Part shown: one piece after another, positions 58,725 through 64,000 of the stretch
Layout: every line of letters begins with the position of its first letter
Numbering within the stretch: position 1 is the stretch's first letter
Assembly (NCBI GenBank): GCA_041650995.1
Contig: JBAZJZ010000002.1
Span: forward strand, 13,344 to 77,343
DNA: 64,000 nucleotides
Reading direction: 5' to 3'
Source of the DNA: Patescibacteria group bacterium
Lineage (GTDB): Bacteria; Patescibacteriota; Patescibacteriia; XYB2-FULL-38-15
Notes under the pieces: generated by a model
What the model saw: the letters and a program-made list of their open reading frames with translations, nothing else
Told to the model about the DNA's origin: nothing
Database searches by the model: none
Program-made: the position numbers and the translations under genes

Positions 58725-60044
58725 TTATTTATTGAACATTTTTTTTCGGCGCAGAAGTCTGTGATAGCCAATAGCAAAACGGTGGGCTTCGTCGCGGACT
58801 CGGAGCAAAATATCTTTGTGCAGTTCGGCGACGCGGACAAGCTCGGGGTTGTCTTTATTGGCAATCAGCCGGTCTTGCTTTCGGTCAAAACCTTTGGCAA
58901 TGCCAAGAACAGGAATTTTTAATTTATGTTCATCAAGAATTTCCCGGACGGCATTAATTTGTCCCCAGCCGCCGTCAACCAGAATTAAATTTGGCAAAGG
59001 CCAAATTTTTGAATTATGAAGTATGAAGTATGAATTATGGTTTTTGGGTTCCTTAATTTTTGATTCATAATTCTTGATTCTCCGTAATCTGCGCGACAAA
59101 ACTTCTCTTATCATCGCTACATCATTTGCTCCACTAACCGTCTTAATCTTGAACCTGCGGTATGCATTTTTGTTTGGCTTGCCATCTTCAAAAACAACCA
59201 TACTTCCCGTCGCCGCAGTACCGCTGATGTTGGAAATATCATAACCTTCAACTCGGCCGAAAACATTAATGCCAGATTCTCGGTTTTTAAATTTTGATTC
59301 TTCTTTGATGACGGCCACGTCCTGAATATGCTCCAAAGAAAAAACTTGATTGCGAAGTCGCGCAGCTATTTCAAAGCCTTCATGCCGGCTCGCGGCGGCC
59401 ATTTCTTTTTTTAAATTTTTAATGATTTTTTCTTTTTTTCCTTCAAAAAATAAAATCAAATTGCGGATAAGGCGGCGATAATCTTTAGATGAAATAAGAT
59501 CAGCGCAGGGTGCCGGGCATTGTTTTAAATGGTAATGCAAACAGGACAGTTTTGGCATAACGACGCAATCGCGGAAAGGGAAAATGCGGCGGCGTAAGAT
59601 ATCTAACGCGGCGCGAAGAGAAGAGGCGCTGGTGTACGGACCAAAAAGTTTAGAGATTTGTTTTTTTTCTTTGGGCGTCATTCTCTCCAATTCCAAACCG
59701 CGCAATAAAAATATTCTCGGAAATTTTTCTTTGGTAAAAGCTACGTATAAAAACGATCTGTCGTCTTTTTCCTTTACATTATATTTTGGCAAATATTTTT
59801 TAATAAGATTGGCTTCCAAAATCAATGCTTCAATTACAGTGGGAGTTTTTTTATAATCAATATCCGCTATTTCTTGAACCAATTTTTCAATTCTAACATC
59901 GTGCGGCCGATCAAAATAACTTTTGACGCGATCGCGGAGAGAAGTGGCCTTGCCGACATAAATAATTTTCCCCGCGGCATTTTTCATTAAATACGCGCCT
60001 GGGGTTTTGGGGAATTTTTTTATTTTGTTTTTTAATTCTGACAT
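58725..60044 (-). CDS. uvrC: Excinuclease ABC subunit C (short form)
   Basis: True start MSELK; PGAYLMK...YVGKATSLRDRVKSYF; EGYDISN; LVDGGWGQ; RDEAHRFA. Confidence 0.93.
   Translation of the reverse strand: MSELKNKIKKFPKTPGAYLMKNAAGKIIYVGKATSLRDRVKSYFDRPHDVRIEKLVQEIADIDYKKTPTVIEALILEANLIKKYLPKYNVKEKDDRSFLYVAFTKEKFPRIFLLRGLELERMTPKEKKQISKLFGPYTSASSLRAALDILRRRIFPFRDCVVMPKLSCLHYHLKQCPAPCADLISSKDYRRLIRNLILFFEGKKEKIIKNLKKEMAAASRHEGFEIAARLRNQVFSLEHIQDVAVIKEESKFKNRESGINVFGRVEGYDISNISGTAATGSMVVFEDGKPNKNAYRRFKIKTVSGANDVAMIREVLSRRLRRIKNYESKIKEPKNHNSYFILHNSKIWPLPNLILVDGGWGQINAVREILDEHKLKIPVLGIAKGFDRKQDRLIANKDNPELVRVAELHKDILLRVRDEAHRFAIGYHRLLRRKKMFNK
59011..59081. repeat. Inverted heptamer-repeat insert, in frame within uvrC
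   Basis: gaattat gaagtat gaagtat gaattat ... taatttt tgattca taattct tgattct. Confidence 0.7.
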
Positions 60045-60095
60045 ATTGACATTTTTATTTTTTTGTTTCAAGATTGATTTTAGAGGAGGAGACAA

Positions 60096-60365
60096 ATGAA
60101 AGTTGTATACATAAAGGAGAGAAAGCCGTGGGGGTATGTTCTTTCCCTCGTCGAGGTTGGGAGAGGTATTTCCGTTTCTACTGCCCAGGATACATTGGTG
60201 ATTGTCGGAGACGAGACGAAAGAAGCTCGCCTGCTGAAGTCGGCGATCGACCAGTTTCAGAGAATCGCGCCGGTCGCCGGTATCACTAGGGAGTTGAAGG
60301 ACCAGTGCGAAAGGTTCGGCATTGTGATCAGCTCGGGATGGAAGGTGTATCACTTTCCTTCGTAG
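60096..60365 (+). CDS. Small GC-richer hypothetical protein inserted antisense between uvrA and uvrC
   Basis: TTGACA at 60046, SD GAGGAGGAG, 89 aa, terminator aagaccacactagtgtggtctt-T run. Confidence 0.7.
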   Translation: MKVVYIKERKPWGYVLSLVEVGRGISVSTAQDTLVIVGDETKEARLLKSAIDQFQRIAPVAGITRELKDQCERFGIVISSGWKVYHFPS

Positions 60366-60430
60366 CGATCCTGTCGTAGAATGTTCGTAGAACGTGTCCG
60401 CGCACAAGACCACACTAGTGTGGTCTTTTT

Positions 60431-63019
60431 TTATTTCAAAACTTTTTTCAAATATTGTCCGGTGTATGACTTTGGATTTTTTGCCAATTCTTCCGGCGTG
60501 CCGGATGCGATCAATTGTCCGCCCGCGTCTCCCCCATCTGGTCCAAGATCAATAATCCAGTCAGCTGTTTTAATAAAATCTAAATTATGTTCAATGACAA
60601 TCACGGTATTTCCCAAACTAACCAAGCGATGTAGAACTTCCAATAATTTTTCCACATCAGCGTAGTGTAAACCGACAGTCGGCTCATCCAGAATATAAAT
60701 CGTCCGGCCGGTGGAACGGCGAGCTAATTCCGCGCCAAGTTTTATTCTTTGCGCTTCGCCGCCTGATAAAGTCGTTGCGGCTTGTCCGAGGGTCAGATAT
60801 TGTAAGCCAACTTCGCGTAAGATTTTCAGACGATCATAAACCGGAGGAATATTTCGAAAAAATCCTTCCGCTTCTTCTATGGTCATTTGCAAGATGTCAT
60901 GAATATTTTTTTCTTTATATTTTATGGCTAATGTTTCCCGGTCAAAACGAGTTCCTTTGCAAACTGGGCAAGTGACATAAACCGCCGGCAGGAAATGCAT
61001 TTCAATTTTAATCAATCCGGCGCCTTCGCAATTTTCGCAACGTCCCCCCGGCACGTTAAAACTGAATCGCCCTGGCTGGTAGCCACGGGCGCGAGATTCT
61101 GGCATGGCGGCAAAAAGTTCGCGAATGTGCGTCCATGCACCAGTATAAGTTACTGGGTTAGAACGCGGCGTGCGGCCAATAGGAGATTGATCAATCACGA
61201 TAACTTTATCCAAATAATCCAATCCTTCAATTCGAGCGTGTTTTCCAATCTGCCAGTTGGTGTGATTAAGTTTATTGGAAAGTCCTTTGTAAAGAATGTC
61301 ATTTACCAAAGTGCTTTTACCCGAGCCGGAAACGCCGGTGACACAGACAAAACGCTTGAGCGGGATTCTGACATCAATATTTTTTAAATTATTTTCCGTG
61401 GCGCCGACAATTTTTATCTGCCCTGAAGAAAAATATTTATTTTTTTCATCAACATGGCGGCGTTTCTCCGGAATTTTAATAACTTTATCTCCGCGTAAAT
61501 ACGCCGCGGTCAAAGATTTTTTATCTTGCAAGACGTCGGGCATGGGACCGGCCGCGACAATTTCTCCGCCGTGCACGCCGGCGCCGGGCCCGAGATCAAC
61601 CAAATAATCAGCCATCCAAATTGTTTCCGGATCGTGTTCCACGACAATAACCGTATTGCCGATATCTCGTAAGTTCGCGAGCGTCGCCAATAATTTTTCA
61701 TTATCTTTTGGGTGTAAACCAATTGTTGGTTCATCCAAAATATAAAGCGCGCCAACTAAGCGTGAACCAACTTGCGAGGCAAGTCGGATACGCTGGGCTT
61801 CACCGCCGGAAAGTGTGCCGGCCGTGCGGCCAAGCGTTAAATATCCCAAACCAACATTTAACATAAATTCCAGCCGGTTCGTAATTTCTTTTAAAACGGT
61901 TTCCGCGATTTCAAGTTCAGTGTCATTTAATTTTTGTACAAATAATTTTGTTTTTTCTTTACCGGTTAGAGCAGTAAAAAAACTACGCGCCTCTTCAATA
62001 GACATTGTTGTCACTTCCACAATATTTTTTTTGCCAACAAAAACATGCAAACTTTCTTTTCTAAGCCTGTCTCCGCCGCAATCGGGGCAAGGTTTTTCAG
62101 AAAACAAAGATTCAGTGCCAAGGCCGTGGCAAATGGGGCAAGCGCCATAAGGGCTATTAAACGAGAAGAGACGAGGTTCAATTTCCGGAAAAGAAAAACC
62201 ATCGTCCGGGCAAGAATACTTTGATGACATTACTACTTCTTCACCATTATCCAAAATTACCGTCGCGACGCCTTCGCCGTGTTTTAAAGCTGTTTCCATA
62301 GCTTCGGCCAAGCGCGCGCGTAGGCCTTTATTATTTTCTAATGGCCAACCGAGAGTAATTTTATCCACGAGCAAATCAATATTATGTTGTTTGTATCGGG
62401 CAAGGACGATTTTGTTTCTAAGTTCTCTAAATTTTCCGTTGACGCGGACTTCGGAAAATCCGTCGTTGTATAAGTTATATAGTAATTGGTAATATTCACC
62501 CTTTCTTCCACGGACGACTGGCGCGAGAATGGCAATGCAATCACTTGATTTTGCCGCAGAAGGTTTATTTTCCCTGTGAATTTCTGAAGTTTTTTTCAAA
62601 ATCAAATCAACCATTTCTTCAACGGTCATTTTTTTAATTTCTTTCCCGCAGACCGGACAATATGGTTTGCCGACGCGGGCAAAGAGCACGCGAAGATAAT
62701 CGTAAATTTCCGTGATGGTGGCAACCGTGGAACGGGGATTAGCGCTATGGGCTTTTTGGTCAATGGAAATAGCCGGGGATAATCCTTCAATTTCATCAAC
62801 ATCGGGTTTATCCATTTGTCCTAAAAATTGTCGAGCGTAAGCCGAGAGGGACTCAACATAACGGCGTTGGCCTTCGGCAAAAATGGTATCAAAAGCCAGA
62901 CTAGATTTTCCCGAACCAGAAAGTCCGGTAAAAACCGTTAATTTATTTCTTGGGATTTCCAGAGAAACATTTTTTAAATTATGTTCCCTAGCTCCTTTTA
63001 TAATTATTTTATCTTGCAT
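60431..63019 (-). CDS. uvrA: Excinuclease ABC subunit A
   Basis: [18 protein letters not shown], two LSGGEAQRI, zinc fingers. Confidence 0.97.
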   Translation of the reverse strand: MQDKIIIKGAREHNLKNVSLEIPRNKLTVFTGLSGSGKSSLAFDTIFAEGQRRYVESLSAYARQFLGQMDKPDVDEIEGLSPAISIDQKAHSANPRSTVATITEIYDYLRVLFARVGKPYCPVCGKEIKKMTVEEMVDLILKKTSEIHRENKPSAAKSSDCIAILAPVVRGRKGEYYQLLYNLYNDGFSEVRVNGKFRELRNKIVLARYKQHNIDLLVDKITLGWPLENNKGLRARLAEAMETALKHGEGVATVILDNGEEVVMSSKYSCPDDGFSFPEIEPRLFSFNSPYGACPICHGLGTESLFSEKPCPDCGGDRLRKESLHVFVGKKNIVEVTTMSIEEARSFFTALTGKEKTKLFVQKLNDTELEIAETVLKEITNRLEFMLNVGLGYLTLGRTAGTLSGGEAQRIRLASQVGSRLVGALYILDEPTIGLHPKDNEKLLATLANLRDIGNTVIVVEHDPETIWMADYLVDLGPGAGVHGGEIVAAGPMPDVLQDKKSLTAAYLRGDKVIKIPEKRRHVDEKNKYFSSGQIKIVGATENNLKNIDVRIPLKRFVCVTGVSGSGKSTLVNDILYKGLSNKLNHTNWQIGKHARIEGLDYLDKVIVIDQSPIGRTPRSNPVTYTGAWTHIRELFAAMPESRARGYQPGRFSFNVPGGRCENCEGAGLIKIEMHFLPAVYVTCPVCKGTRFDRETLAIKYKEKNIHDILQMTIEEAEGFFRNIPPVYDRLKILREVGLQYLTLGQAATTLSGGEAQRIKLGAELARRSTGRTIYILDEPTVGLHYADVEKLLEVLHRLVSLGNTVIVIEHNLDFIKTADWIIDLGPDGGDAGGQLIASGTPEELAKNPKSYTGQYLKKVLK

Positions 63020-63326
63020 ATATCGTTGACATTTTTTAATTTATTTGGAATAATTTTATTGTACGGTTTTGGTTTGCTGTTTCGGCGAACCACCGTCCGA
63101 GGAAAGAAGGAGGTGGAAAGACGGAGATGGGCAAGGGGTTCTCGCGGTTCGGCTCGCAGATGGCGGGCGAGGTGACGGCGCAGGTCAAGAAGACGGCGTG
63201 ACGCGGTGATCCCGCTGGAGGTGAACGTCGGGGTGCCCCTGACACGGGACGGAGATCGTCGGTTTAGCGGCAAAGCGTCGCTACAGAAATGTGAACCGGC
63301 GAAAATTCCGGCAGCCCTTAAGAGAA

Positions 63327-64000
<674 letters not shown>

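Noticed and set aside
60045-60413. 123-aa N-terminal extension of UvrC in the ORF track
   Set aside because: It is the antisense of the inserted cassette; homology starts at MSELK (60044).
63199-63201. TGA recoding (genetic code 25)
   Set aside because: TGA terminates native genes (e.g., 8846, 10601) and long ORFs are intact under code 11.

Overview
AT-rich chromosomal segment of a Patescibacteria (CPR, Parcubacteria/ABY1-like) bacterium. The assignment rests on the divergent 16S with primer-site mismatches and an insertion, and on gene content. Housekeeping blocks are smc-rpsP-khpA-trmD; a stand-alone 16S followed by tRNAs; split polA-holA; rpsT and rmuC; ychF; rpsF-ssb-rpsR-epmA-efp; recA-HTH-ftsK; glycosylation genes; and uvrCAB. 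They surround a 20-kb surface-structure locus: pilin/WxL-like subunits, a DUF916/chaperone-like protein, a dockerin-cohesin pair and two tail-fibre-like repeat proteins, one of 3151 aa. The most striking signal is six GC-rich single-gene cassettes. All are on the + strand, each with its own sigma70-like promoter, Shine-Dalgarno and terminator. Three are tandem (37.3-40.9 kb), carry unrelated myxobacteria-like lipoprotein genes and end in the same 61-bp hairpin; two of these also share promoter and leader. Two more interrupt the uvr operon in antisense, and one looks like a remote DGR target. Also seen: a candidate ~220-nt structured ncRNA, a frameshifted LAGLIDADG gene, tRNA att-like remnants and in-frame heptamer repeats in uvrC. 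All calls are by eye, without database searches.
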